64,000 nt of DNA, from NCBI GenBank assembly GCA_964016885.1, contig OZ024749.1:3968001-4032000 (forward strand), written 5' to 3'. Within the stretch, counting starts at the first letter, position 1. Every line of letters starts with the position of its first letter. Position numbers and translations under genes: made by a program. Of the stretch, positions 25,052 to 39,660 are shown piece after piece. This stretch comes from Eledone cirrhosa. Taxonomy: Eukaryota. The notes below the pieces were generated by a model. That model was not told the origin of the DNA, searched no databases, and saw nothing but the letters and a program-made list of their open reading frames with translations.

Positions 25052-25880
25052 GAGAACGGTGTCATTCGAAGGGAATCATCAGGGAATCTGACTGTCAATG
25101 TAATATGGCGTTATTTATACGTTTTCGGGTAGTAGGGTAAGGTGGTGATTGGCATGGGTGGAAGTCATTGGGGGATGGATTGAAAGAGAGGGGATTCTTT
25201 GAAAAAACTACACTTAGAGAAAAAATACAGTGAAACAGATTGATACAAATGCAGGCACTCCTAATATTCAAGGTATATGTGTATGCATGAGTGAGTGTGT
25301 ATGTGTGTATATAGGTATATATGTGTATGTGTGTATGTATGGGTATATGTATGGATGTGTGTATATGTTTGTATATGTATCTATACATTTGTTTACATCC
25401 ATATTGAGAGTGAAGGAGCCATATGTCGGTATATTGTGTATATATACCAAACACATATTCTATAGAAGGATGTGTATATATATGTACATATGTATCTATA
25501 TGTATATACGTACGTATGTATGTATATCTCTCTCTCTATATATATATGCGTGTGGGGGGTTGTAAACACCTGATCTTCTTGCAGGCTTTAACAGAGCATG
25601 TTAATACATAATGAAAACCCTGTGCTTGCTTAGAATAAATCAACCTTGAATATTAGCAGTGTCTGCATTTGTTTCACTACGTATTTCCGCACGAATATAT
25701 TTTTTTCAAAGAAACCCCATTCTTTGAATCCATCTGCCAATGACCTCCTCCCATGCCAAACATCACGTTACCCTACCCACAGAAAATGTATAAAAACAAC
25801 CATATGACATTAACAGTCAGCTTTCCTGATGATTTCCTTCGAATGAAACAGTTCTAGTCCTGTAGAAGCCATTTCTATAT
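25052..25880. mobile_element. Two diverged, oppositely oriented copies of a hammerhead-bearing Penelope-like 3' end
   Basis: 25052-25274 (-) is homologous to about 25643-25856 (+); both carry cCTGATGAtt.ccttcgaatGA.A. Confidence 0.7.
25820..25869 (+). ncRNA. Type I hammerhead ribozyme candidate
   Basis: GCTTTC-CTGATGA(25826-25832)-TTTCCTTCGAAT-GAAA-CAG.TTCTAGTC.CTG-TA-GAAGC; GUA site at 25864; weak stem II. Confidence 0.65.
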
Positions 25881-26039
25881 TACACATTTATACTCTGCTA
25901 TGTATTGAGTACCTTATTTGCTGTGGTTACCTCCGATTAAACCCAGGATACAGACACACGCGCATATATATTTATCTATATATATATGTGTGTGTGTATG
26001 TGTATGTATAGAAATGTCGTATTTCTAAAGAAACACGGT

Positions 26040-26465
26040 ATGTTTACAGGAAACATTTAGGAAGCGGTAGCTATGCAAACACCAGAGCTGACACCCTCTG
26101 GTGATGTCCAGCAGTAGCAAGTGGGACAACCGTCTGTGCGTTTCAGACAAGACTGGTTTTCATCAGATCGGTCCCTCCCAAACCTGCAACTGGTGGACTT
26201 CAGAAGAGTCAAGAACATATCATTCTCTCGTCTGTGTAAACGAGGTGATTCATCTCATTTGTATATGAAGCTGTATAAGTTGGCTCAACTTGTAACAGAA
26301 TAGAATTAGGATTTAGCTTCAAGTATAGCTGTATAGAGCTATGTATAGACATGTTGTATTTCTATATAAAGCCGTAGCTATGCAAACACATGAGCTAACA
26401 CGCTCTGGTGGTGTCCAGCAGTTGATGAATCTCATTTCCATATGAAGCTGCATAAGTTGACTCAA
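26040..26465 (-). mobile_element. Partial tandem repeat with a degenerate hammerhead (26130-26171, minus)
   Basis: gtagctatgcaaacac..gagct.acac.ctctggtg.tgtccagcagt at 26067 and 26374; minus-strand CTGATGA-AAAC..GTCT-GAAACGC. Confidence 0.55.
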
Positions 26466-26478
26466 AGAGAGAGAGAGG

Positions 26479-26559
<81 letters not shown>

Positions 26560-26967
26560 AACAATGGACAGTCACCTTCAGTTGTCTACTGGAGATTACC
26601 GACAATACAACGCATTAAAGGCAATATGGCTCACTCCAGTGCATCGATAACATTTGAAAGTTAGTGAGTGATTGGGAAAGCGGGAGTGACGTAGGCAGTG
26701 ACAGTGAAAATTTGGTTCCATTGAATTCGGACGTGATGTATATGTATATATTTGATTACCACTACCCGTGTTATTCATTAAACCCTTTTATTAATACTTG
26801 ATTAGATTTGACAGTTTCACAAAAGAACATTCCTCGTATTCGAGTTCATGAAGTAAAGTCAACTTGACATAATTTAAGAATGTTTAGACCCTGAAATAAT
26901 GAATACGCATAAAACTGTCATGATGAAGGGCATGATGTGGAGGTTAGAACCAATCATATCTACTGAC

Positions 26968-27041
<74 letters not shown>

Positions 27042-27043
<2 letters not shown>

Positions 27044-27317
27044 ACAAGTGCAGAGACATCTCCAGATATAAAGCAATGCCTGTGCCGTGAAGCTTTTATA
27101 GTGAGCAAAGGCACTGCACAAAGCCAGTCCCACTCTCTTAACCAAGATGATATTTACCAAAAAGAAGAACAAGTCAACATCATTGGATACCATCAGGGTT
27201 GCAGGTGTTATATCAGAGTTTTCCTTCTCCTAGAATTCTGCCTTGACAAAGGCTAAGGGGTCATCTCTCTGCATGGATATAAAGTAGTGGCCGTACTCGA
27301 AAACGAGTTGGCAGCCT

Positions 27318-27320
<3 letters not shown>
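27042..27320. mobile_element. Internally inverted copy of the RTE-related non-autonomous element at 49899-50500
   Basis: 27042-27270 matches 50079-50304 in the same orientation; 27271-27320 is the element's 3' tail in the opposite orientation. Confidence 0.75.
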
Positions 27321-27399
<79 letters not shown>

Positions 27400-27621
27400 T
27401 GGCTGCCAACTCACTTGTAATAATTATTTACACACATCTCACTGTGTAACACACTTCTCTTTGTGTAATATATTTGTATATATATAGAGAGATTTATGTA
27501 ATAAACAACATAAGGCAATTATTCCATTTACCAGTGGTTTCGTAAAAGGAAAAGATTTTGCTTTCAATCATCAGAATGAAAACATCCTGGTCTGTTTATT
27601 GAATTTGGATTTTAAAAAAAA

Positions 27622-27654
<33 letters not shown>

Positions 27655-27655
<1 letters not shown>

Positions 27656-28209
27656 CAAAGGAATTGTGGTAAGGAACAAGATGGACAATAACGCACCAGA
27701 GTACTCAATACTTAGGGTAGTAGAGTGGGAAATTGGAAAAAGTAAGACCCCGACGGCAGAGCTCAAGCCGTTTCTACGGCGTTTTAGGACTAAATTAGAA
27801 TGTTTAGCCTGGTGAATAAATAGCCGAACTTGTCAAGTGGGTACTTCCTTATATGGGAAGAATGTAGTTGTCAAGAGGATTGGTTAACATATGTTGTAAA
27901 CACAAATAAGTTTATCATGGCATTTGGTGGGATGTAGGGGTGGCTGAAGTTGCCTGTAGAATAATAGGGGTGTGAATGGAACGGTCATGCGTTGAAAGTG
28001 ATATGTATACAGCATATTCTAAGGATAGTGTATGACATGGAGGAGAGGGTTATAGAATAGGTAAATCGAATGAGAGTAGGAGACAATAAAATATATTATA
28101 TAAAAATTAAAAAAATATATAGTGAGAAATGAATAAAAAAATCACAATGCTATCTTACGATTAGAATCTGCTGTATACATAGAGCTCTGCCGTCGGGGTC
28201 ATACTTTTT

Positions 28210-28213
<4 letters not shown>
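27655..28213 (-). mobile_element. Penelope-like remnant with a degenerate U3-A8 hammerhead (27746-27844) and a short inverted terminal copy (28181-28213)
   Basis: Minus strand: ACCCAC-TTGACAA-long stem II-GAAA-CGGC..GCCG-TC-GGGGTC; family of 21893-22100. Confidence 0.65.
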
Positions 28214-28249
<36 letters not shown>

Positions 28250-29044
28250 GTAAAAATTTGAACAGGGACAAAACAGAGAGGCAGTAAAACAAATGTTTAT
28301 TAATTTCACGCTCTGGAGAGTGTGGTGTTGGTGGGGGACGACGTTTCGGGCATAAGCCCTTCCTCAGGTGGGAAGTGTGTGGGAACAGAGTTCAAAGGGT
28401 GTCTAGGGGAGTGGTGGAGAGACATATAGCGAAAGGAAACGGTGCGAATGAAAAAATAAAAAAATAAAGATAAAAATAAAAATAAAGCATGATCAAAATA
28501 CAAGGAATGAGATAAATTTAAAAATAAAGGCATGATCAAAATAAACTGAAATTAAAAGGGGGTTAAACAGGTGGTGGAAGGGTTTGGGGTGTGTAGGGGT
28601 GGTGGCGGGTGGAGTGGGGAGAGGGAGACGGGGTGTCCGAGCGGGGAGGGCTGAAGGTGGTGTGTGTGTGTAGGTGTGCGTGTGTGTGTGTGTGTATGTG
28701 AAAGTAAGGATTGGGGGAAGAACGGAGTTGCATGTTCAGGAAGAGGTGTGTGTGTAGGGGGGGTTTGTGGGTCGGAGTGTCTGTGCGTGTGTGGATAGAG
28801 GGGTGGGGGAAGAGGAATCAGGAGGCTGAGGGTGTAGATATGTGGTGGAAAGCACGAGTGTGTGGGGTTTAAGCTTGCTGTGGGTGTAGGTGGCGTGTGG
28901 AGAAAAACATTTTTGGGGGTGTGTGTGTGGGTGAGTTATATAGGTGATTACGTAAGAGGATGGTTGAAAAGTTGGTAAATTCCGAAGATGTTTAGTGGAT
29001 TGGTGGTTGGTCAATTTCTGCGTGTGGGTATTCCATGAAGCGAT

Positions 29045-29045
<1 letters not shown>
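28250..29045 (-). mobile_element. Penelope-like 3' end with a hammerhead core at 28337-28367
   Basis: CTGAGGA-A-GGGC-TTAT-GCCC-GAAA-CGTCG-TC followed by AATAAA; stem I does not pair. Confidence 0.6.
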
Positions 29046-29112
<67 letters not shown>

Positions 29113-29680
29113 GTAGTAAAAGTTTGCTAGAAAAATCGAAGAGTAAGATCACTCAGTCGAAAGGACGAGTTTGGAATAAATGATATATATATATAATATG
29201 CATATCTTATGAAAACAAGAGACGGTGTTATTTGTATATCTATTTATTTACATAATTCTGTTATACGTTTGTCATCAATTGAATAATATATATACATATA
29301 TATTATTCAATGCCTTAGAATACGGTGGCGATTGAAATTTTTAGAAATAGGATTAGAATCTCAGACTGTAGAATAACTACAGAAGGCTGTCTTATATTTT
29401 CAGAATATACTGCCCCAGATCAAATAACAGAGGATTAGTATTCCATTTTGTGTGTTAAAATTTGATCATGTAGTTAATATAGAGCTTCTAATTATCTTCT
29501 CAAAGACAGATACACACACTCACACACACCCACAGACACACAGACACACACACACACACAAACTGATATATATATATATATATAACGAAGGAAATGTGGT
29601 AAGGAACCAGGTGGACCGTAACGCACCAAAGTACTCAATACTTGAGGTAGTAGAGTGGGTAATAGGAACCAGTAAGACCC

Positions 29681-29728
<48 letters not shown>

Positions 29729-30328
29729 GATTAAATTTGGTAGTTCAGTACTGGGTGGTATTGGTCACTCTGCAAAGTTAATCAGGATTAACATAGAAAG
29801 AAAGCTCCCGACGTTATGGATCTCACCCATCTTGACGTCGAATGCTGGTGCTGGTGCAGGAACGGAGTTAAGTATTATATTAGAGAGTAAAATGACAGCA
29901 AGCCGGACAGTTTGAATTCCCTCAATTATTTATTTGTTCAAAGACTATGCACATATCAGTGGCTAAGTTACGAATGAACCTGGTGATATTATCAGAAGTA
30001 TATTGCATAATAGCTGTATACAAACGGAATGACGGTAAATACATTCCAAGAGGTTTTAAGAAAAAAAAGGTTAGATGAAAAATATATATATATATATGTA
30101 TATAAAGAGAGTTTTCTCTAGGATCGAGTTGGTGCGTACGTTTAATAAATAGAATTCACAGAATAATTAGAAGAATTCAACGCAAGAAACTGTTAACACA
30201 GCCTAATACGGTCAATAACTGCTCCGGGTAAAATTCACCTCAAAGGACAGACATTGTTGACTAGACGTGTGTTAGCCCACAGAACTCAGACGTAGAAACG
30301 ACTAGATCACTAGATCTTTTAACCGCAA

Positions 30329-30392
<64 letters not shown>

Positions 30393-30678
30393 CGTGCGAT
30401 TTTGCGATCAATATTGTGGAAACACAATGTGGACTGTATATTTTACACCCAGCCTCAGCTTTATGTCCAGGTCAGTAAAAATTTGTTACCTGGGTCCTGT
30501 ATTTTCGTTGCTCTAGTGATGCGGTCGGACTGCCGACTGCTATATCTAATTTGCTAAGCTGTCTGAACATAATGTTATACTCTGGGGTATTACCTCTTAT
30601 GAGTGCTAAAGCCACAAACCGAATAAGCATACACGCTAGCTTGGCCGTATACTAGAGCTTCGTCCATGCTGTACTAAA

Positions 30679-30726
<48 letters not shown>

Positions 30727-31435
30727 ATAATAATACATTTGAAGACTAAAATCCGGTTGCAACGTTTTTTGAAATATCCACTTCTTCGTTTACAGATTGA
30801 CTTTGTTAGTTTCAGAAGATCCCGTTAAGGGTGAAAGCAGGGATTATTTGCTTAAACTTTAATCTGTTATTTTAAATAATATATATATATATATATATAT
30901 ATATTAAGTGTATTGAGTTCAAAACTCAAGCATTCCTTTACAATGAAATAGCTCAAAGAAAAAAATATTTCTGAGCCGTGTAATACAAGTAAATATAAAT
31001 TAATATATATGATGAAACACAAATACCAACATAACTGTGTTTATATTGTAAAAGAAATTAAGTTAGCTAGAATGAAATATACTAATTATAATATTACAGT
31101 TTGCCTATCTCGATTTAAAATAATAAATCAATAAAAACAAACAGTATTGGCAAATGGCAATGGTGTTTAGACAAATTTAAATTTCAAAATCAAACCTGTT
31201 CCGTAGATAAGTTTAAACTTTAAAATCCAAATATGTTTCGAGATGAATAAGTGTAAGGATATCTTGTCCAGCTCACATTAGTAAACACCCTGAACAAATT
31301 GATATGCTCCACTTCTAAATATTTTAAAAGACTGTTTAACGCACATGGTTTTACAGTTTCTAGCCAGCTTCATACTCGTACTGCTAGAAATAACACCCGT
31401 ATATATGGGGCTACTATCAGCTCAACGCAAGGAGC

Positions 31436-31516
<81 letters not shown>

Positions 31517-31521
<5 letters not shown>

Positions 31522-32217
31522 AATGCCGAGCTGTGTTGTTGCAAATATGATATATAAAATAAATGAAGAATTAGAAATAGAACCCAAGACTATTCGTCAT
31601 CAGTGTTTTACTAGCCATCATAGTTATTTCTTCGCATTACAAACCATATACCTCCAGCTAGGGCGATACAATAACTAAATTTATTTATTGGGATAAAAAA
31701 GAGTAGGGTGGAGAAAGAGAGACATGTAAACAAACACGAATGGCGAGGCAACTTAACGAGAGGAAACAAATGAGAAAATCAAGTCAATTTGAACATAAGA
31801 ACTTGCGAATATTGACGAGAAGACAAAGACACATCTTGGCCGTGCGGATGTGAGCGGGCAAAGAATCTCGTACGGTGTCGGGCGATGGAGGAAGTGAGAG
31901 AGAGGGTGAGTAGCAGAGAGTGAGTGAGTGAAAGTGTGAGGCAGAGTCTGGCCAACAAAGGGTGACTAGCAGAGGGGTTGAGTGAAAGTAAAGGGGAGAA
32001 GGAGAGAGGAGGGGGAGAGAGAAAGAGGATAGCAGTAAGGGAAGAGAAAAATAGAGGCATATATGAATGAAAAATGGCGAGCTGTGTTGTTGCATTTAGG
32101 ACATATTAATAAACGAAGAATCAGAAATAGAAGCCAGGAATATCCGTCATCAGTGGTCTACTAGCCATCATAGGTATTTCTTCGCATTACAGACCATATA
32201 CCTCAGGCTAGGGCGAT

Positions 32218-32220
<3 letters not shown>
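31517..32220 (+). mobile_element. Small LTR/TRIM-like element: two about 154-bp TG...CA direct repeats around a purine-rich 400-bp interior, embedded in (TA)n
   Basis: tgaaaaatg.cgagctgtgttgttgca...gctagggcgataca at 31517-31670 and 32068-32220; AATAAA in each; no PBS seen. Confidence 0.65.
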
Positions 32221-32282
<62 letters not shown>

Positions 32283-32542
32283 TAACAGATTCAATTTTAC
32301 GCAAATAATCGCTGCTTTCTCCCTTGAACCTTAATCTTATTTTAATAAATAATGGCTCTAGGGTCCTTATATATTTGATATATATTTATCCTTATGGAGC
32401 CCTCTTTTGATTTTAGTCTTCACATTAATTATTATTACTATATATATATATTCTTTATTTAATATATGTACATATGTAGATGTGAATATATTTTAAAGAA
32501 AATCAATTATGTATTTTTTGTCCTGATTCATCTTCACACTTA

Positions 32543-33424
<882 letters not shown>

Positions 33425-33450
33425 GGATATATATATATGTATATATATAA

Positions 33451-33529
<79 letters not shown>

Positions 33530-34204
33530 ACATATATATTCACTTATTATCTTCATATACTCTCAAATCGATTTTATATATAAAACTTGAATTCATTAGT
33601 TCAAAATAAAAGTGACCCACTTGTTATAATGTAAACTGTTCTCTCCGTTTAACTCTTCACTGTAATTTATATATTCATTCAGATGTCTAATATAGCGCTA
33701 AAATCTTTTGACACTATGTAATCTATTAGAATTTTGAGGTAAAGTTAATTAAATTTGTGTATACTTTTAATGGTTAAAATGAATTTTCCTTGTCATAATT
33801 TGTTTTTGTTTCATGAGAATAATTTAAACCAGTCACTTACCAATCAATAACACTTATAGGTATTTAGAGGCTAGTATGCGTGTAGATTGGCAGCAATACT
33901 AAGTTTGAATCCTCCTCAGGTTAGTAGGTAACAACTAATCAATTATTTGTGTCTACGTAATCGTATTCCCCCCACCCTGCAATATGATGGTTTTCACTCT
34001 TAAGTAGCTATCAATATTTTCAAACAAGCTCTATAGTAGTTTTAAGTTATTCATTTTATATTTATTACTAGTTAAACGTCAGTTCGTCAAAGTATTTTCC
34101 ACACACATTATGTGATCTACTGAATGGCTATAACTTCACTTCTTTTCCTGCCCTTCTATTTGTCTTAATCTTTTATGCATCTTAACTTATTTTCTTTTGC
34201 GTTG

Positions 34205-34332
<128 letters not shown>

Positions 34333-34388
34333 TGTAATATATATAGCATCAAAGACCTAAAGTAAGTCGTGGTCCTGGCAAATCCAGT

Positions 34389-34461
<73 letters not shown>

Positions 34462-36829
34462 TACTTTGTCTGTGTATGTTTGTGTGATTGTGTTGTGTGT
34501 AGCTGCAATCATGATCCGCTGTAGATATGGCACCTGTGTTACTTTGTGATTTCCAAACGAATCATGTAATACTTAAATATTACTAGCCGTTGGGTGTGGG
34601 ATAATATATGTTCTCGTTCTGCAAATAAATATATATTGATTCAAATATCTAGAGAAGGAGCTATTATACAGGACGTTATCACGAAGAAAATCAATTATAT
34701 TCATGATGAATTGATGAATTCTTTAATCCATATCGCATTGTAAGTAAATATATGGACAATAATATCTTCTCTGGCAGTTGCCCACTAAAATAATTCGTTT
34801 GTTCGGTTAATTTCTGCTAGTTTCTCTATTCTTATGTGTGCATTTCAATTGGCATTCATTATCAATTGGCGAGTTTTTATTATTGTAGAAACTAAGATAA
34901 CCATAATGTGTTGCACGCGTCCTCTAGTTAATAACAGTTGGGCAATTTAATCACGATATTTCTACATTGTTTAGTAACAGACAAGTGTAGGCGGTAGATA
35001 TAAACTATTCCTGTGTCTGCAAAATAGTGAACACCTTTAAGTGGTGCCGATGCTAGTCGGATTTGAGGTCAGAACAAGAAAACCCGGAATGCATATTGTA
35101 CAGAATCTACCATGCTCTAAAATTTTAAATGTCTCCGTGATATAATGGAGAAATGGAGGGTCGTTCTAATCGGAAGATAATCTTGAACCCTCGCACAAGT
35201 GACAATTCCATTTAAGTCACTCAAGCACTATGTAGCGCTGTTGAATCGGAACATGGATAACATCTATCACCGACTGAGGCCATATAGACGCTTGAAATTA
35301 GAATAGTAAATACCGGATCAGAAATGACAAAGTTTTAACTCTGATGCCCTAAAATACCCCCAATGTACTGCCGTGGACGAGTATTTTATTTTATCGAACC
35401 CGTCATGATTAGAATGTAAAAGTGGGAATATATATGGCAAAACATTTTGTCGTACACTGTAACAATCTACCATTATGGTGCCTACGATGAGATAAATGTG
35501 TATAAGTAAATAGATATATCTGAATACATCAAGGCATTTTGCTTGTGGTTTTACAAGTTTGTTTTTATCCAAAACCCTTTCTGGAATAGTAATATCGATA
35601 CGTATTGTTACTTCTACTACTTGTGATATTGTGTCTATCTGTTTTTCTAATAGACAATTGTCCTTATCACATTTTGTGTGATACGAACTGTAAAGAAAAT
35701 TATTACGTTTTGAATGACGGCTACATTTCTGTGACGAGACAATGGCATTGAATAAACAGACATATCTATGTAATTCCGTTCTCTTGCAGCTTATCTTTTA
35801 CTGATATTATATAATATTCTGTTGCAATCAAAACTGATAAGGAAATTCTATGGACGTTTTCTTTTCATGTTAAGTTATGTCAAATTTATGTAGGGAATGG
35901 GATGAGTGTATGTACACTATACAGAATATAAACAAGAGTGTTGGTATATATCACTGTATGTGTGAATATATATATATGTATATATTTATTTATGTATGTA
36001 TGTGTGTGTTTTCATTGTATCACAAGAAAATATTAGCTTCTCTGAATACCTGAAAGTTTTATATAGAAGTCGTTAAACTTGCTGCATAGAACACAGTTAC
36101 ATACACTTACATATACATATGTATGTAAGTATGTAAGAATATATATATGTATGTATATGCGTAAGTATAAACGTAAGTATTTATATACGTGTATATATAT
36201 ATATATATATATATCAAAAGTGATTCAGGAGACTTGTGGATGAGGTTTGGTTTTGCCTGATGATCAGAATGGGCTGGGATCGGGTCTGTAACATTAGCAT
36301 GGGTCGTTACAAAGAATGACCCAGTGCTACCTCTCACCTCTCCCTCTCCAGTTATTACATCTTAGATATTACCCAAGATTAAGGATGGGAGGTCAAGATT
36401 ATTGAGATTTCCGTTTCTTTTCGAGATAACATCTTACAGAAACTACTATAGATTCTTACAATGATAGTAGTTTGGAAGTGACCACTGTTTTATATTTTTC
36501 ATAAACCGGAATTATACATCTTTGTTATTGTTTTGCCACACTTGAGTGTTCTCTTGTAATTTGTAGGACTTGTACTAACTTGTTATGTCATTTGTTTCAA
36601 AGTGGCTGAACCTGCTGAGAAATGTAGCCTTTTTAGAAATATCAAATATTGATATTTAATCTTATTTTTATCTAATTGAAAACTTTCCCAATAATTTTCA
36701 AATTAACATTGAAAATAATCCAGAAATTGTAGAGATTTGTTAATATGAATTTCGTTTCGTTTTTAGCTTGGATTCATGAATATGAATCTTGTAATTGTTC
36801 ATTAATGAAACATTCCACATATCTTCTTC

Positions 36830-37490
36830 TTCGCCCACATATTTCTGAGAGGGGCATGACAGGACCCAAAGGAAGGGGCGTTTGAAATACATCTTCCAGC
36901 GAGTCCTGTCAGAAGCAACCGTCTCCAACTGATAGCGCGGGATCCCCAAGCGTGACCAGCTGAGATAATGGATGTTAACGAACCCCCTTGCTCAAGATCT
37001 ACCCCACTTGGTTTTGCTCGCAAAATCTGTGTTGCGATCCTTTTATGAGACATTTTAACAACATGCCTATATTATCGGAGCTGTGATCTCATAATTCAGA
37101 GAAGTAGTGGCTCTACTTGGAGTGGCACTATGATCTCCAAGCTAAGCACTTTATCGAGTAACTTTATTCCCAAACCCCTTCACAGGAATCCCATTTCGGC
37201 CGCTTGTATTTCCGATTGTTTTCCGATCCATTTCCTGTCATTACCCAAGATTCATGACGATAGTTAAGGATTGGCACGAATACCGGTTCGAAGATAGGGA
37301 ATTTGGCTTTTACACCTACTTCTCTTCATTAGATTACTGATTGCTGAAGCTGGCGCATTACTACACCAGCTCCTGCAATTCTAGCAATTAATTAAGCCCC
37401 CAGCCATCCATCACCCGTGATCTCTTCCCCGAAATACTTGAACGTCTCTACCTGCTTCAGTGGAACTCCATTCATATGTAGAGTGCACTC
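36830..37490 (-). mobile_element. Decayed RTE-clade LINE 3' fragment
   Basis: Minus peptides MNGVPLKQVETFKYFG, MSHKRIATQILRAKPSG and LETVASDRTRW. Confidence 0.7.
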
Positions 37491-38239
37491 TACATATGTC
37501 TTAAAAAACATTTTGATGAGACATTTGTAGATGAATATAAAGACTTTCAATTAAGCTTAGATTTATCGTAGAACGAGGGATTGTTTCAGGCGTTTTTTGT
37601 ATCCAAAATGTTAATTATTAGCACGTGAACAAAGCAACGTATATATATAGACGTGCTGCAGTGCTGCATTAACTACTCTAAAATGCTAGTGCTGGCCTAT
37701 TACATGTAGTAGCAATTTCTTTAACTTTTGTATTTTAATATTTCTAATCTAATAGAGAGCCAGGCCAGTTGCTTCAGTCTCTCGATGGAGCCACTTCCGA
37801 AAGCATTACTCTGGGGGTTAGCCAATTGATACGATAATAAAATCTATTGAACTCTTTGGATTTTAAACTAGCTTTGTTTAAATCTTTAGAAAACATATCA
37901 ACCCTTCCCGTTACGGGAAGATATCACACTCATTTTGGTGTGGGTGAGAGATATCTGCTCTTGTGAAAATGGGTATAGCTTTTATTATGTAAAATCTCAT
38001 TTTATCTCATTTTGGTGCACTGTTTCCATGGTTCTCTCCTTTTGAGCTTTTAGAGGTTGGATGGTCTGTTTCCTCTGTGCTTTTGCAACCAGATGATACA
38101 AGCTGAGTTAGAACTTAAACGGCATGCACTGTGTTAAATAATGATACGTCTTCAATCCTAGATTCTACCATATCTTCCACTGAACTACTACCAAAGTGTC
38201 TCAATATGACAATCGAACAATGGCTGAATATCAGATGAA

Positions 38240-38300
38240 ATACCTGATGATGACCATTAAACCCCGTATTAATGTCGAACTAATTGACTATAATTTTCTC
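38240..38300 (+). ncRNA. Degenerate hammerhead-like motif
   Basis: CTGATGA 38244-38250, GAC.CATTAA/TTAATG.TC stem, then GAAC instead of GAAAC. Confidence 0.4.
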
Positions 38301-39109
38301 TTAAAGTCATAAACACCGACGAGGCAGTTATAACCAATTTAATTTACATTAAATACACGGTGGGCGAATATTCTATTAAACCCAGAAGACTTAAACGAAA
38401 ATACATCCTGTGTGGGCTTTTGAATTCTCAATTTAGTAAGATGTAACGAAAAGCTTTAATGTAGTATCCGTGGGTGTTCTCTCGTTTCATGCAAACTTCA
38501 GCTCTAATGGATCTTCTAAATGGAGAATTATATACAACATAGCTAATAGTTTTCATGTTACACTGGTTATGCCTATCCTTTTAGGAAATATCCTCATGAA
38601 AATAGATTTTCGAGTTCCATAAATTATTTTTCCTGGAATAAACTGAAGTTGGCATACTGTTATATATTCCAATTTACGTATCGTAGATAAATGTAATATT
38701 CTCTGAGGCTTGAAAGATTCTTCAATGTGACACATACTAAAGTATACATACTTTTTAACATTCCCCGAGTTCTACGCTAACATTAAAATGTTTGTTTTCA
38801 ATTATTTACAATTATATAACACAATTGACCATCATAGTTTTTTTGTAGAGCCCTTTGCTATGTTCAAACACTAACTTTATAATGAGAACATGGTTTATTT
38901 TAACAAATGCCAACACAATATTCATAATTTTCCAAATTATTTGAAAAACAGTTGGCTTTCTCAAACAGCACGAGTATGGCAACTAAATTGTGAGGTAGTT
39001 GCTACTATCTGCCTATCCCAATATACAGAACTGGAACAAAAAACTATATATAGCGTTTCTTCACAAAGAAAAAACTCTCATATTTTCTATTAGTTCGATA
39101 CACGTAGTA

Positions 39110-39660
39110 ACATGGACTCGAAATTAAGGTACACGTGGGGAAGTATTCCAAAAACGTAATTGTAAGGGATATTCAGCATGATGGGAAAATCCTAGACATT
39201 ACGAGATCAATACAGTCCATGTGTCAAGGTTCCAGACAACCCACTGCCAGTGACTGACTCAAACCTATAACCTATACTTCATAAGATATTACACAGTGGG
39301 ATTGAACACTTCCCCTCAAGTTTGCTAGGTGATATCCTTCCAATTTATCTTCATATCTCAGTAACAAATTCAAAATTATCAATACTCGTCTTATCTACAG
39401 GGGCACGTCATTCTAGCTTGTTGTATCTGATTGAAAGGTTTACAATTGTACTCAAGCCAGCGATGTTTGTAGATCTATTTAGGCGTTGGGAAAACAACTT
39501 GGAGTATGCATGTTTCCATCTCCCTGCACTCTAGTGTAGAATACACTGGCATCATCTTCACATTTCATCCTTCAGGATGGCGGGTCATAGTTTGGCTTTT
39601 TGTTTTTGGACGAAATACCATTCTACACTTTTCAAGGTCTGTCTTTGGGAATTGGCAGAA
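39110..39660 (-). mobile_element. Possible highly decayed CR1-like LINE remnant
   Basis: Only faint motif resemblance (e.g. ttttggaatacttccc, a W-N-x-L-P-like end); no open frame. Confidence 0.3.

Noticed and set aside
32135-32215. Hammerhead at CTGATGA in the 154-bp repeats
   Set aside because: No properly placed GAAA/stem III/UH in any topology; kept only as a pseudoknot candidate.
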